From: an uncultured Methanoregulaceae archaeon
Lineage (GTDB): Archaea > Halobacteriota > Methanomicrobia > Methanomicrobiales > Methanospirillaceae
Reading direction: 5' to 3'
DNA: 64,000 nucleotides
NCBI GenBank assembly: GCA_963841015.1
Contig: CAWJAX010000002.1
Location: 32,001 to 96,000, forward strand
Below, piece after piece: positions 9,080-19,424 of this stretch. The first letter of the stretch is position 1. Every line of letters starts with the position of its first letter. The position numbers and the translations under genes are program-made. The notes under the pieces were generated by a model. That model was not told the origin of the DNA, did no database searches, and worked only from the letters and a program-made list of their open reading frames with translations.

Positions 9080-9652
9080 GTGTTTGTAAAAATGTCCGAA
9101 TCGATTCTGTCCATGAAAACCACCTGCGTTTCGCTGCTCCTGGTTTTGTGTGTCGTGATAATGGGTTGCACAATGACCCCTGGGGGATCTGAGGGGACAA
9201 TTCCCGTTCCCTCTGTACCTTCAACGACTGCATCTCCGGTATCCGCCTTACCCTCCGGTCAATTTACCGAAAACATTCAGCTGTCAGGGAATGTCTATGG
9301 GTTGTCGTCCGATCCTTTGAGCGGAATTGATACATTCATGTTTACCATAGGTCTGCCGGCAAATGCACCAGTTCTTGACCTGACCGGGATGGAAATTGTC
9401 TACTCTGCCCCGGGGAGTACCCCGGTAACCCTCATACGGGGCACAAGAGAGTCAACCAGCATTTTCACCACTACATCAGGTGGCAATGCGGTCAATGAAA
9501 TACATGCCGATGATGAGGTCGATATCTCTTTTCGGGTAAAACCGGTTGTCGCTGGTACGAGCGTGAATATTGAAGTGAGACCCCGTGGCACTGCCGTACT
9601 GACCATTTCGAGGACAGTCCCCGCTGTTATTTCATCAATGAATATTCTTTAA
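9080..9652 (+). CDS. Lipoprotein carrying an archaellin (FlaB/ArlB)-like C-terminal globular domain
   Basis: Signal ending VIMGC, S/T/P linker, then NIQLSGNVYG..IDTFMFTIGL..LDLTGMEIVYS..NIEVRP..ISRTVPAVISSMNIL; likely start 9092 or 9113. Confidence 0.65.
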   Translation: MFVKMSESILSMKTTCVSLLLVLCVVIMGCTMTPGGSEGTIPVPSVPSTTASPVSALPSGQFTENIQLSGNVYGLSSDPLSGIDTFMFTIGLPANAPVLDLTGMEIVYSAPGSTPVTLIRGTRESTSIFTTTSGGNAVNEIHADDEVDISFRVKPVVAGTSVNIEVRPRGTAVLTISRTVPAVISSMNIL

Positions 9653-9749
9653 TTTTCTGTGATGGGTGCGGGGCGTAGGCAGCGAAAAGATCACGTTTGC
9701 TGCCAATAAAGCAGCGGACAATATCACCCTCAAAAAAAACCCGGCCCCT

Positions 9750-10592
9750 TCATATCCGGCCTTTCGGCAACGGTTTCCTGATGTACGTCGGCGAAAACTG
9801 AACGGTTTTGAATTCCTTATCTTTGATGTATACTACTTTTGCAGGAGAATCCCCGATCATTTTCTCATCAATCTCAAAAAGGTCGGTTGCTTCCACAAGA
9901 GCCTTGAGTTTTTTATACCCGTAGTTCCGGGGATCAAAATCCGGAGACTGGTTGGCAATATTTCCCCCCACATCTGCCAGGTTTGCCCAGCCATCATTAT
10001 TGGAACACGCATCGACCGCAGATCGCAGCAGGTTTGATAATCCGGTATCACCCCTGAGTTGGTCGAGACCTTTACCCGGTTTTGATTCCTTCTGGACTTC
10101 AGGAGGCTGTTCATCGGTCAGCCGGGTCTTTCGCAGGATCTCGGTATAGACGAACTTGTCACATGCCTGGACAAAGGGCTTTGGTGTTTTCCTCTCGCCG
10201 AACCCGTATACCAACAGCCCGGATTCGCGGATCCGCTGTGCCAGTCGCGTAAAATCACTGTCGCTTGAAACAATACAAAAACCATCGAATTTATTGGTAT
10301 ACAACAGGTCCATTGCATCGATAATTAGAGCAGAATCGGTCGCGTTTTTCCCTTTCGTATAGTCAAATTGCTGAATGGGCTGGATTGAGTAGTTCAGGAG
10401 TACTTCTTTCCAGGGCTGGAGGTTGGGGGTTGTCCAGTTCCCGTATATCCGCTTCACGCTTGCGATCCCATAGAGGGCAATTTCAGCCAGCAGACCTTCG
10501 ATAATTTCGGGCTGGGCATTGTCAGCATCAATGAGAACCGCCAGTTTTTTTTGCGGTACTTCCTGAAGGAAGGGATCTTTATCAAAACTCAT
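9750..10592 (-). CDS. NYN domain RNase-like protein with C-terminal OST-HTH/LOTUS domain
   Basis: LAVLIDADNA, GKNATDSALIIDAMD, SSDSDFT, GWANLADVG..PDFDPRNYGYKKL; start reset to MSFDK. Confidence 0.9.
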   Translation of the reverse strand: MSFDKDPFLQEVPQKKLAVLIDADNAQPEIIEGLLAEIALYGIASVKRIYGNWTTPNLQPWKEVLLNYSIQPIQQFDYTKGKNATDSALIIDAMDLLYTNKFDGFCIVSSDSDFTRLAQRIRESGLLVYGFGERKTPKPFVQACDKFVYTEILRKTRLTDEQPPEVQKESKPGKGLDQLRGDTGLSNLLRSAVDACSNNDGWANLADVGGNIANQSPDFDPRNYGYKKLKALVEATDLFEIDEKMIGDSPAKVVYIKDKEFKTVQFSPTYIRKPLPKGRI

Positions 10593-10792
10593 ATTCGTTT
10601 GATATTTCTCGATGAGATATTCAAAGTATTCATATCTCCACCGGAACTGAGGCCATGCGGGGATAGTAAAGGTTGTTTTCTGGTTTGCTGACCGAAGTGT
10701 CCCATAACGGTGTCCTTCACCCACCCATGGTTTTCTTCGTTGATGAAATCCAGGGACTCCTATTCAGCACGTCAAAAAAAAAAGTAACCCTG

Positions 10793-13363
10793 TCAGGTGA
10801 TCCCTTGTGCGAGACCGGGTTTAATAAGCCGGTAGACAACCCGCAACAGGAAACCGACGATGAGGATCGATGCCGTAGCCCAGATTATTGTTACCCACTG
10901 CTCAAAGGAAAGCGGTACGGTATTAAAGACCGATCCACCGATCTGGACGATGGTGATCTGAATGGCGACAATAGATGCCATGATAACGAAGAATGTCGGA
11001 TTGCCTTTGAAAAAAGGGGGCATCTTTCCGTCCAGTGCCCGGCAGTTGATACCGTTCCAGACTGCTGCGATGACGAATGCCGCAAAGAAAACCGTGTTGA
11101 TCTCTGCAGGAGTCGAACCGCCAAGAAACCCGGTTGCTATCTGGAGCATACCCGCGATAATGAGGAAGGATCCGGTGACAATGATAGACAGCCACATAAA
11201 CGGTGAGACTATGTCTGCGTTCTGCGGTACCGGTTTGTGTTTCATCAGCCCGCTGTGCGGGGCTTCAGAGCAGAGGGCGAAAGCGGCAAGCGTATCCATG
11301 ATGATATTGATCCAGAGAATCTGGACGATGGTAAACGGATCCGGGTAGCCTGAAAGCGGGGCAATGAAGATGAGGATGCAGGCGCAGAAATTAATCGTGA
11401 GCTGGAAGAGGACGAACCGCTGGATGTTCTCGTAGAGCGACCGGCCCCACCATACTGCACTGGTTATCGATGCAAACGAATCATCAAGAAGGATAATGTC
11501 ACTTGCTTCCCGGGCAACCTCGGTACCGGCAATCCCCATCGCAAGACCAACATCGGCATGTTTCAGTGCGGGAGCATCATTGGTCCCGTCGCCGGTTACC
11601 GCAACGACCGCACCGTCCTTCTGCAGTGCCTCAACGAGCAGAAGCTTGTCCATGGGTTCTGCACGGGCCATCACATCGAGATCCCGTGCTGCGGCGACCT
11701 GTTCAGTTTCTGAAAGCGACCGGAAATCGGCGCCGGTTATGACGGTACCTTCCTGGAGGATCCCCGACTCCCCGGCAATAGCCCGTGCCGTCTCGGGATT
11801 ATCCCCGGTGACCATCCTGACCCGGATGCCGGCCTCCTGGCAGGTGGCAACGGATTCTGCGATATTGTCCCTGAGGTGGTCACGGATGCCCACGAATCCG
11901 TCCCAGATAAGCCCGGTCTCGCTCTCGTCACCGGTAATGATTTCCCTGTGGGCAAAGGCGAGTGTCCGCATTGCCCGGGATGCAAGGGTGTTCACCCCGG
12001 ACAGATCCGGGTGCCGGGTGCAGAGCCCGGCAAGGATCTCCGGTGCACCCTTGACCAGGAGCCAGGACCGGTCACCCAGGTGAATGACCGTTGACATCCG
12101 CTTGCGACTGCCATCGAAGAGATACTGTCTGGTGATGTGGGTCTCAGCCCGGATCTGCATATAATCATAGGAATGCTCCTTCAGCCAGCGGAGGAGAGCG
12201 CCCTCGGTCGAGTTACCGATTACGATTATCTTTCCTTCCCGTTCTTCGAGATGTGCTGTACTGTTCACGGCTGCGTTGAGGGTCACCCACCCGGCCAGGG
12301 TGGAGGGCATTTCGAAGGTGTGCACGGGCCTGCCGACCGAGGATTCAACGACTTCCATCTGGTTTTTGGTCAGGGTGCCCGTCTTGTCGGTGCAGATGGT
12401 CGTGGCGGATCCTATGGTCTCGCACGCGATGAGCCGGCGGACAAGACAGTTGGCCCGGGTCATCTTGCGCATGGCAAGCGAGAGGGAGAGTGCAACGCTC
12501 ATCGGCAGCCCTTCAGGGACTGCAGCAACAACGACCACCACCGCAAGCATGAAGTAATGGAGGATGTTGTCGGCAGTCTCGATGTTGAACCCGGTCACCT
12601 CGCCAACGAACACGCCGCGGATCAACAGGGTGACGCAGATCAGGATCGCCATCGCGTACCCGAATTTGCTGATGATTCGTGCAAGGGCCTCGAGCTTCTG
12701 CTCCAGGGGTGTCTGCGTTGCATGGTCGATACCCAGCGAAGCGGCAATCACCCCCATCTGTGCAGAGTCACCGACAGCAGCGGCTATCATCTGTCCTTTC
12801 CCTGCCGTTATAAACGAACCTTTGAGCAGGCGGTCCTTTTCCGGTTTGTTCACCGGCTCGGTCTCACCGGTGAATGCGGATTCATCGGACGCCAGGTCAT
12901 CGGCAGACGTCACCCAGCCGTCAGCGGGTATTGCATCACCAGCCTCGAGCAGGATACGATCACCGACTACGATGTCACGGGTGGGAACAGATACAGGCCG
13001 ACCGTCCCGGATCACCTTGACTGCCACATCATCCCGGTGGGCATTCAGGACATCGAACTCCCTGCTGCTCCGGTACTCGTTAAAGAACGCAATGCCGGTC
13101 GCGAGGAACACCGCGATGATGATCCCCATTGTGTCGAGCAGTCCCTCACCGCTGATAAGGGAAACAGCCGTTGATACGACAACGGCAAAGAGCAGGATTT
13201 TGATAATGGGGTCATCGAACTTTGCCAGATACTGTCTCCAGAGCGGATCCCGTAAGGGGGGAGTCATCGCGTTGGCGCCATATTGTATACGGAAATCGGC
13301 TACCTGGGATTTTGAAAGCCCATTGTTCCCGGCAATATCTTTGATTTCGTCAAAGGTCAGCAT
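10793..13363 (-). CDS. P-type Ca2+-transporting ATPase (type IIB/PMCA-like)
   Basis: TGET, VPEGLP, DKTGT, KGAPE, TGDN, TGDGTNDAPAL; start reset to MLTFD. Confidence 0.9.
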   Translation of the reverse strand: MLTFDEIKDIAGNNGLSKSQVADFRIQYGANAMTPPLRDPLWRQYLAKFDDPIIKILLFAVVVSTAVSLISGEGLLDTMGIIIAVFLATGIAFFNEYRSSREFDVLNAHRDDVAVKVIRDGRPVSVPTRDIVVGDRILLEAGDAIPADGWVTSADDLASDESAFTGETEPVNKPEKDRLLKGSFITAGKGQMIAAAVGDSAQMGVIAASLGIDHATQTPLEQKLEALARIISKFGYAMAILICVTLLIRGVFVGEVTGFNIETADNILHYFMLAVVVVVAAVPEGLPMSVALSLSLAMRKMTRANCLVRRLIACETIGSATTICTDKTGTLTKNQMEVVESSVGRPVHTFEMPSTLAGWVTLNAAVNSTAHLEEREGKIIVIGNSTEGALLRWLKEHSYDYMQIRAETHITRQYLFDGSRKRMSTVIHLGDRSWLLVKGAPEILAGLCTRHPDLSGVNTLASRAMRTLAFAHREIITGDESETGLIWDGFVGIRDHLRDNIAESVATCQEAGIRVRMVTGDNPETARAIAGESGILQEGTVITGADFRSLSETEQVAAARDLDVMARAEPMDKLLLVEALQKDGAVVAVTGDGTNDAPALKHADVGLAMGIAGTEVAREASDIILLDDSFASITSAVWWGRSLYENIQRFVLFQLTINFCACILIFIAPLSGYPDPFTIVQILWINIIMDTLAAFALCSEAPHSGLMKHKPVPQNADIVSPFMWLSIIVTGSFLIIAGMLQIATGFLGGSTPAEINTVFFAAFVIAAVWNGINCRALDGKMPPFFKGNPTFFVIMASIVAIQITIVQIGGSVFNTVPLSFEQWVTIIWATASILIVGFLLRVVYRLIKPGLAQGIT

Positions 13364-13523
13364 TATTCTGAATCCTGAATCACGGATAAGACACGTTCTG
13401 ATAGGGAATCTATACCATCGTTTGTCAAAATATAATACCTCACTTAGCAGCATGAAAGGGATTAAAGCCTGGTATTTTGCATATCAGGAAAACCTAATGC
13501 CAATCTCTGTAGAGTGATCCCCA

Positions 13524-14321
13524 CTAATCCTTTTTTTGCCGCACTGCCAACTCTTTTTCAAGATCCCAGAGGAGGAAGAGATCGATATCCGCATGGCTTC
13601 CTCGTCCGACTTCGAAGGGATTGTCCATATCTCTGATGAGAAGAAGGAGCGCGGTCAGCAGCATACAGAGGACGGTAAAGAGAACAAGTCCCTCATATAG
13701 CGGATCCAGCTTCACAAAGAAGAGCAGGATGATCACCCCGGCAGCAGCAAGCTCGGAAATTGCGTATGCAGCAGGAATAAATGATGTTTCTGCTATCGTC
13801 ATGACCCGGTGGGAGAGCCGGTCAATAATACCAAGCTCATTCTTCAGCTTCACGGTATACTGAGGCGGCACGTTCATATCGACAAGCCGGGAGATATCCT
13901 CCACAAACAAATCAATGGTATGATCCATTTCTTTTAAATTCCAGGTATTGTTCCGGAAGTTCGTGTTGATGGTCACAAGGAGATTGTAGACCTTTTCCTG
14001 CATTCGGGAGGTGATCTCCTTATCCGGAACACGGATCAGGGTGAGGTCACTGTATAATGTCCTGATTGAAGTCGCAATCTCCCCGGGAATTTTTTCGCTT
14101 TCCTTAAAATCCGTTAATACTCCGGCAAAAACAATCGCAATCGTAAAGATCGCACCGCTGATAAATGCTGTAATCAGGTTTGTTAACGAGAGCACATCGT
14201 AATTCAGGTAGTCAAATACCAGCCGTACTATAAGCAGGACACCGGTAATACCGGCTGCCTTGATAATCAGTCCCCATTTGTTCATGAAAGATTCTCTGAA
14301 AGTTGAAGATACCGTATTCAT
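13524..14321 (-). CDS. Bestrophin-like (DUF4239-type) membrane protein
   Basis: Two N-terminal and two C-terminal TM helices, helical soluble middle, LLIRDMDNPFE motif; may start at 14285. Confidence 0.55.
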   Translation of the reverse strand: MNTVSSTFRESFMNKWGLIIKAAGITGVLLIVRLVFDYLNYDVLSLTNLITAFISGAIFTIAIVFAGVLTDFKESEKIPGEIATSIRTLYSDLTLIRVPDKEITSRMQEKVYNLLVTINTNFRNNTWNLKEMDHTIDLFVEDISRLVDMNVPPQYTVKLKNELGIIDRLSHRVMTIAETSFIPAAYAISELAAAGVIILLFFVKLDPLYEGLVLFTVLCMLLTALLLLIRDMDNPFEVGRGSHADIDLFLLWDLEKELAVRQKKD

Positions 14322-16894
14322 TAATCAGTTCCTCCGGAGAGTGGAGCGGGCGCCTCCTTACCCCGAACCAGTACTTTGTATCCTTCGAACCAGAGAACAC
14401 TCACTCCCCCGGCAAGAATACAGGCAATCAGATCAGCAGGGCTGATTGTCCCGAACTGGAACAGGTCCTGGAGTAAAGGTACATACAGCACGAGCAGGAG
14501 GCAGGTGATTGTCCCGGCAAAGACCCATGCAAGCGCCCGGTTCGGAGTACGCAGCGATGTGAGGATAGTATCGGACCATGAGCGGTTGGTCAGGATCAGG
14601 CAGAGGTTGGCAACAACAATTGTGGCGAACGTCACAGCCCGGACTTCAGATTCGCCCATACCTCGGGACAGGGCACTCCAGTATACTACCAGCACGACTG
14701 CCAGGACAACAAAGCCCTGCAGGAGGCAGAGCACAAGAGTACGTCGGGTGAAAATCCCTTCGTTTTTCTTGCGGGGCGGACGGTTCATGACGTTGCGTTC
14801 CTCCTTTTCGGATTCAAAGACAACCGAACAGGCGGGGTCAATAACCAGCTCGAGGAACACGATATGGACCGGCAGGAGGACGAGCGGCATGTTGAACAGG
14901 ACAGGTATGAGCGACATGCCGGCAATCGGGACATGAATGGAAAAAATATATGCCATTGCTTTTTTCAGGTTGTCGAAGATCCGCCTTCCCAGCCGGACTG
15001 CTGCAACAATAGAGATGAAATTGTCGTCGAGCAGAACAAGTGATGATGCTTCGCGGGCAACATCGGTCCCCCTCTCTCCCATGGCGATGCCGATATCAGC
15101 AGATTTCAGTGCCGGCGCATCGTTCACACCATCGCCGGTCATGGCAACAACTTCGCCAGTTGCCTTAAGGGCATTGACAATTCTGAGTTTCTGTTCGGGA
15201 ACAACGCGGGCAAATACGTTCACTGACTGGATCCGTTCCTGCAGTTCAGCTTCATCCATGGCATCCAGTTCAGGGCCGGTGATGTATCGGGCACTATCGG
15301 CTAGACCGATCTGCCGAGCGATATTCTGGGCAGTCAGCGGGTAGTCCCCCGTGATCATGATGACCCGGATACCAGCCGTGAAAGCCTCACTGACAGCATC
15401 AGCAACCTGCGGACGGACCGGGTCGGCAAATCCGACAAGACCGACAAATTCAAAGGGGAAATCGTGCTGCCCGTCCGGAAGACCGGAGAGTAAGAACGAC
15501 GCCCGTGCAACTCCCAGAACGCGGAGACCATCCGCCGCCATCGTGTTAATCCAGTTGGCCAGATCCTGCTGGGCATCTGCATCAAAATGACAGAGATCGG
15601 CAATTGCTTCCGGTGCTCCTTTTGCGGCAATAACATACCGGTCGCCATCGGGTGACCGCCAGACGTTGGACATGGCGAGGAGATCCGGGGAGAGCGGGTA
15701 TTCCTGAACAAGGTTCCAGTTCTCGTGGACATGTTCCGTTGTACCGAAATCGCCGTCTTTGAGCTGAAGCAGGGCCTTCTCCATCGGGTCAAAGGGATCT
15801 TTCTTGCAGGCAAGGATCGCATACTCCGCGACATCGTGGCAACTTTCGGTGACCTCACGGGAACCGGATGAGTCATAGTCACAGATCTCACCTTTTGCAT
15901 AGAATTTTGCAACCGACATCCGGTTCTGGGTGAGGGTACCGGTCTTATCGACACAAAGTACCGTCGCAGAACCCAGCGTTTCGATAGCCGGGACCTGACG
16001 GGTGAGGACATTTCTTTGGGAAATCCGCCATGCTCCGAGAGCGAGGAAGATTGTCAAAACGACCGGGAACTCCTCGGGGAGGATAGCCATCGCGAGCGTA
16101 ATACCGGCCAGAAATCCCTCCAGCCAGTTGAACCTGGTCAGGCCGTACACGATGACGATGATAGCGCACAGGGATATCCCGACCAGGGCGATGGTTTTCA
16201 CGATCCGGTCGATCTCCCGTTTCAGTCGCGTCTCTCCACGTTCGACCGTCTGGAGGACGGTGCCGATCTTCCCCATTTCTGTCCGGACACCGGTTGCCAG
16301 GACCTGTACCAAACCCTGACCTGAGACAACGAGTGTCCCGGAATACACTGATGGCTGATCATCGCCTCCTGGTCGCTCAGTCTGCATCCCCTCTTTCCAG
16401 GTGATTTTCCTGACCGGGACCGATTCCCCGGTAAGCAGGGATTCATCGACTGACACGTTGTTGGACATCAACAGGATACCATCAGCCGGAACTCGGTCGC
16501 CTTCAGAAAGGATTACCATATCGCCGGTGACAACGTCCCGCCCCGGAATGCGTTGTTGTACTCCTCCACGGATTACAAGTGCCCGAGGGCTGGACAGGTT
16601 CCGGAGCGCTTCCAACGCACGTTCTGTCTTCCGCTCCTGGTAAACAGTAATGCCGATAATGACAACGACAAAACTCATCAGCATCAGGCCCTCGGTGACG
16701 TCACCAAGAACAAAATAGATTAGACCTCCTGCCACAAGCAGAAGGAACATCGGTTCATGGATAACCTCAATGACGATTCGTAAAAAGCCCCGTCTTGATT
16801 CGGTGGGAAGTTCGTTGTACCCTTCCTGCTGGAGTTTCCTTTCCGCCTCACTGCCAGTCAGGCCTGAGACTGAACTTATATCAAGTATAGGCAT
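14321..16894 (-). CDS. P-type cation-transporting ATPase (type II, PEEFP variant)
   Basis: TGES, LPEEFP, DKTGT, KGAPE, TGDY, TGDGVNDAPAL. Confidence 0.92.
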   Translation of the reverse strand: MPILDISSVSGLTGSEAERKLQQEGYNELPTESRRGFLRIVIEVIHEPMFLLLVAGGLIYFVLGDVTEGLMLMSFVVVIIGITVYQERKTERALEALRNLSSPRALVIRGGVQQRIPGRDVVTGDMVILSEGDRVPADGILLMSNNVSVDESLLTGESVPVRKITWKEGMQTERPGGDDQPSVYSGTLVVSGQGLVQVLATGVRTEMGKIGTVLQTVERGETRLKREIDRIVKTIALVGISLCAIIVIVYGLTRFNWLEGFLAGITLAMAILPEEFPVVLTIFLALGAWRISQRNVLTRQVPAIETLGSATVLCVDKTGTLTQNRMSVAKFYAKGEICDYDSSGSREVTESCHDVAEYAILACKKDPFDPMEKALLQLKDGDFGTTEHVHENWNLVQEYPLSPDLLAMSNVWRSPDGDRYVIAAKGAPEAIADLCHFDADAQQDLANWINTMAADGLRVLGVARASFLLSGLPDGQHDFPFEFVGLVGFADPVRPQVADAVSEAFTAGIRVIMITGDYPLTAQNIARQIGLADSARYITGPELDAMDEAELQERIQSVNVFARVVPEQKLRIVNALKATGEVVAMTGDGVNDAPALKSADIGIAMGERGTDVAREASSLVLLDDNFISIVAAVRLGRRIFDNLKKAMAYIFSIHVPIAGMSLIPVLFNMPLVLLPVHIVFLELVIDPACSVVFESEKEERNVMNRPPRKKNEGIFTRRTLVLCLLQGFVVLAVVLVVYWSALSRGMGESEVRAVTFATIVVANLCLILTNRSWSDTILTSLRTPNRALAWVFAGTITCLLLVLYVPLLQDLFQFGTISPADLIACILAGGVSVLWFEGYKVLVRGKEAPAPLSGGTD

Positions 16895-17034
16895 TATTCC
16901 CTTCCAGGTACGATATCGTTGTCATGGTAACATCCCGGTGTTCCGGTGAATTCCGAGAATTATTAAATGAAAAGGCTTTTTGAAAGGATTGAAACGCGGT
17001 CCTATTACCGGGAACCCATCCAAAAAGATGGGGA

Positions 17035-17262
17035 TTAATCAAAAATCCCGCGAAGGAACCCACCAACACCGCGTTCATTATCATCGTTATCCTCGCGGCG
17101 CTGGTTCTTTTCCCGTGAATCAGGAGATGATCCGGATTTTTCAATGAGTTTATCGAGTTTGCCGTTAGTGAGCCAGATACCCCGGCACTTCGGGCAGTAG
17201 TCGATCTGTACGGTCAATCGCTCACTCATGAGCAGGTCAACATTGCATGCTGGACAATTCAT
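17035..17262 (-). CDS. zf-TFIIB-type zinc-ribbon small protein
   Basis: MNCPAC..IDYCPKCRGIWL..GKLDKLIE..GGFLRGIFD. Confidence 0.85.
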   Translation of the reverse strand: MNCPACNVDLLMSERLTVQIDYCPKCRGIWLTNGKLDKLIEKSGSSPDSREKNQRREDNDDNERGVGGFLRGIFD

Positions 17263-17326
17263 ATTTAATCTTAAAAGTTACAATTGTGAAGATAAAGGGT
17301 TACCGATGGAAGAAAGCTTCTCTAAA
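17211..17326. repeat. Direct repeat copy A (promoter plus 5' end of the zinc-ribbon gene)
   Basis: Homologous to 17967..18079 (shared ctggacaattcatatttaatcttaaaa, caattgtgaagata, ccgatggaaga). Confidence 0.85.
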
Positions 17327-17443
17327 CTTATAAAACGGATTCAATAAAATCAAAGGAATATTAGAGGTTACACGAGGCAATAACCCCCCTTGTAACCACC
17401 CACATTTTGCCACATTATGCCATGTAAGAACCCTCAAAGACTA

Positions 17444-17914
17444 TCAGAATGCGAATACGAGGCTCATTTCCTCCCGCGAGAATATCGAATAAAAGATTAT
17501 AGAGAACGAAGTCAAGGAAATGGCAAGTTTATCGTAACTACGGTTGATACATTCTCGTAACTTTTGCATGAGACCGAGCTGATCACTTACTTCAATTTTC
17601 TTCTCGTTTTCAATAGAATCCAAAATTTCATTGAGGGATGTAGCCAGGGTATACATTTTCACGGGTCGTCCCTTATGGTCACCTTTACACTCACGACTAC
17701 TGATCCAACCCTGATCCATCAGGTACCCCATTGCTAAGCTTACTTCTGGCTGGCGCAAGCCGGTACCGCGTTCAATAGTATGTGAAGTTGCTTCTGGTGT
17801 TTTTGCAAGGAACACCAGTACCTTAGCAATATTTTTCTTAGTTCCAGTTTTGATCAAGAGATTTGCGAACTCTTCCTCTTCCGCGGTAAAATACATAACG
17901 TCTTCTTGTCTCAT
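17444..17914 (-). CDS. ArsR/TrmB-like winged-HTH transcriptional regulator
   Basis: MRQEDVMYFT..AKVLVFLA..EATSHTIERGTGLRQPEVSLAM..KGRPVKMY; start reset to 17914. Confidence 0.8.
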   Translation of the reverse strand: MRQEDVMYFTAEEEEFANLLIKTGTKKNIAKVLVFLAKTPEATSHTIERGTGLRQPEVSLAMGYLMDQGWISSRECKGDHKGRPVKMYTLATSLNEILDSIENEKKIEVSDQLGLMQKLRECINRSYDKLAISLTSFSIIFYSIFSREEMSLVFAF

Positions 17915-17966
17915 CCGTAACTCCATAATTTTACCCATGTGTTTTGGAATTTCAAATACTCCAGTG

Positions 17967-18079
17967 CGGTCAATCGTTCTCCCACAAGCAGGCCAATATT
18001 ACATACTGGACAATTCATATTTAATCTTAAAAATTACAATTGTGAAGATATAGGGTTTCCGATGGAAGATACTTCTAAA
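17967..18079. repeat. Direct repeat copy B (degenerate zinc-ribbon gene head plus promoter)
   Basis: Copy of 17211..17326; encodes MNCPVCNIGLLVGERLT on the minus strand from ATG 18018. Confidence 0.85.
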
Positions 18080-18219
18080 GAAAAAAAGCTCATTGAAATC
18101 AGTATCGGCTCCTTGTGAGACGCAAACACTCGTTTGTCGGTGCAACGACTACCAGTCACAATTTTTTTTGTGTCTGAATTCTATGTGCACAAATCAGTTT
18201 TTCTCATTATTTCCCCATT

Positions 18220-19400
18220 CTAGATAGTCCCGGTCAGCATTGCAGCTCCGAGTGCAACCATTACAATTCCCATGACAAGACGCACCCAGCGCCGGCTCCC
18301 CCCCGGAATGTTTCCAGCCGCTCCGGAGTACCGCCCCAGTACATCACAATGAGGATCAGAATCAGCGGAAGGACGAAGATCAGGTTATACAGCAGAAGGT
18401 ACGGAATCCCTTCAGCAAGCGTCATACGGTCACCCAGAAGCCCGAGAATCGCCAGGTAAATCCCACCGGTGCAGGGCAGTTCGACCATGCTGACGAGTGC
18501 CCCGAGAGCAATGGCGGACGGGATGGATGCTTTCCTGATGTACCGGTCGATAGCGTTTTTCTGTGACACAGGGATAGCAAGGGTGAAGATCTCGCGTTTG
18601 AGGAGGACTTCGGCGATGTTGATGAGCCCGGCAATGATGGCGACTACAGCAGCAATGGTGAAAACGATCCCGGAAAGACCGATCTGCTGGACAACGGTAA
18701 GAAGTCCCAGCCCGGCAACGAAATACACGACAAAGACCGTGGCAATATAGGCGCAACCGACAGCGGCGATCCGCCGCCGCTCGCCCAGCGATGCCAGGTA
18801 CGCAAGCAGGATGATCAGGACTGCAAAGGCGCACGGGTTGACGCTGTCGATGACCGCTGCGATCAGGATTGACGGCACGGTCAGATCAACGGGGTCTGCC
18901 GGTGAGAGGTCGTGCGGGAGTCCCCCGGATTTCGTATAGGTTGCGGGACATTCTGCCGGATTATTGGTATACCAGACAATCCGCTCCTCAAGCTGCGTTC
19001 GGATAGCCGTTTCACCGACAAGCGCCCGGTCACCGATGAAGAGAGTGGGGACTCCCTCCTCTTTCACCTCGTATCGTTGGAGCAACTCCCTGAACTTTGC
19101 CTGGTTCGTGGTGTTGAAATAAATCTCATAGGTTTTCAGCTGCATCTGCGGGTATTTCACCGCGAGCTCATCAATGAGTGGTTTCACCCGCTCGCAGTGC
19201 GGGCACCCCTGCCCGTAGAACAGGTAGACGCAGATTGGCTGCACCTGTCCGCAGGTTTCGTTCAGCTGCGTTCCATGACAGACGTCTACACCATTCACCG
19301 GAGGAACCGATGACCCATTCACCTCACCCAAGGCCGGGGTTGCAAGCAGAAGAAGTAATACAATTGCCGCTCCTGCCAGCACTCGGTAATGTTCTTTCAT
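18220..19400 (-). CDS. Glutaredoxin/thioredoxin domain plus CcdA/DsbD-like membrane domain (frameshift in a G-run near the 3' end)
   Basis: Signal peptide, GCPHC, DSVNPCAF, ELPCTGGIY; the corrected tail RRWVRLVMGIVMVALGAAMLTGTI ends at 18220. Confidence 0.8.
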
Positions 19401-19424
19401 TTCTCTTGATACCCCTGCCGGATG

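Noticed and set aside
11496-13517. Long antisense ORFs over the ATPase (also over htpX and cgs)
   Set aside because: Shadow ORFs of GC-rich coding sequence with no recognisable motifs.
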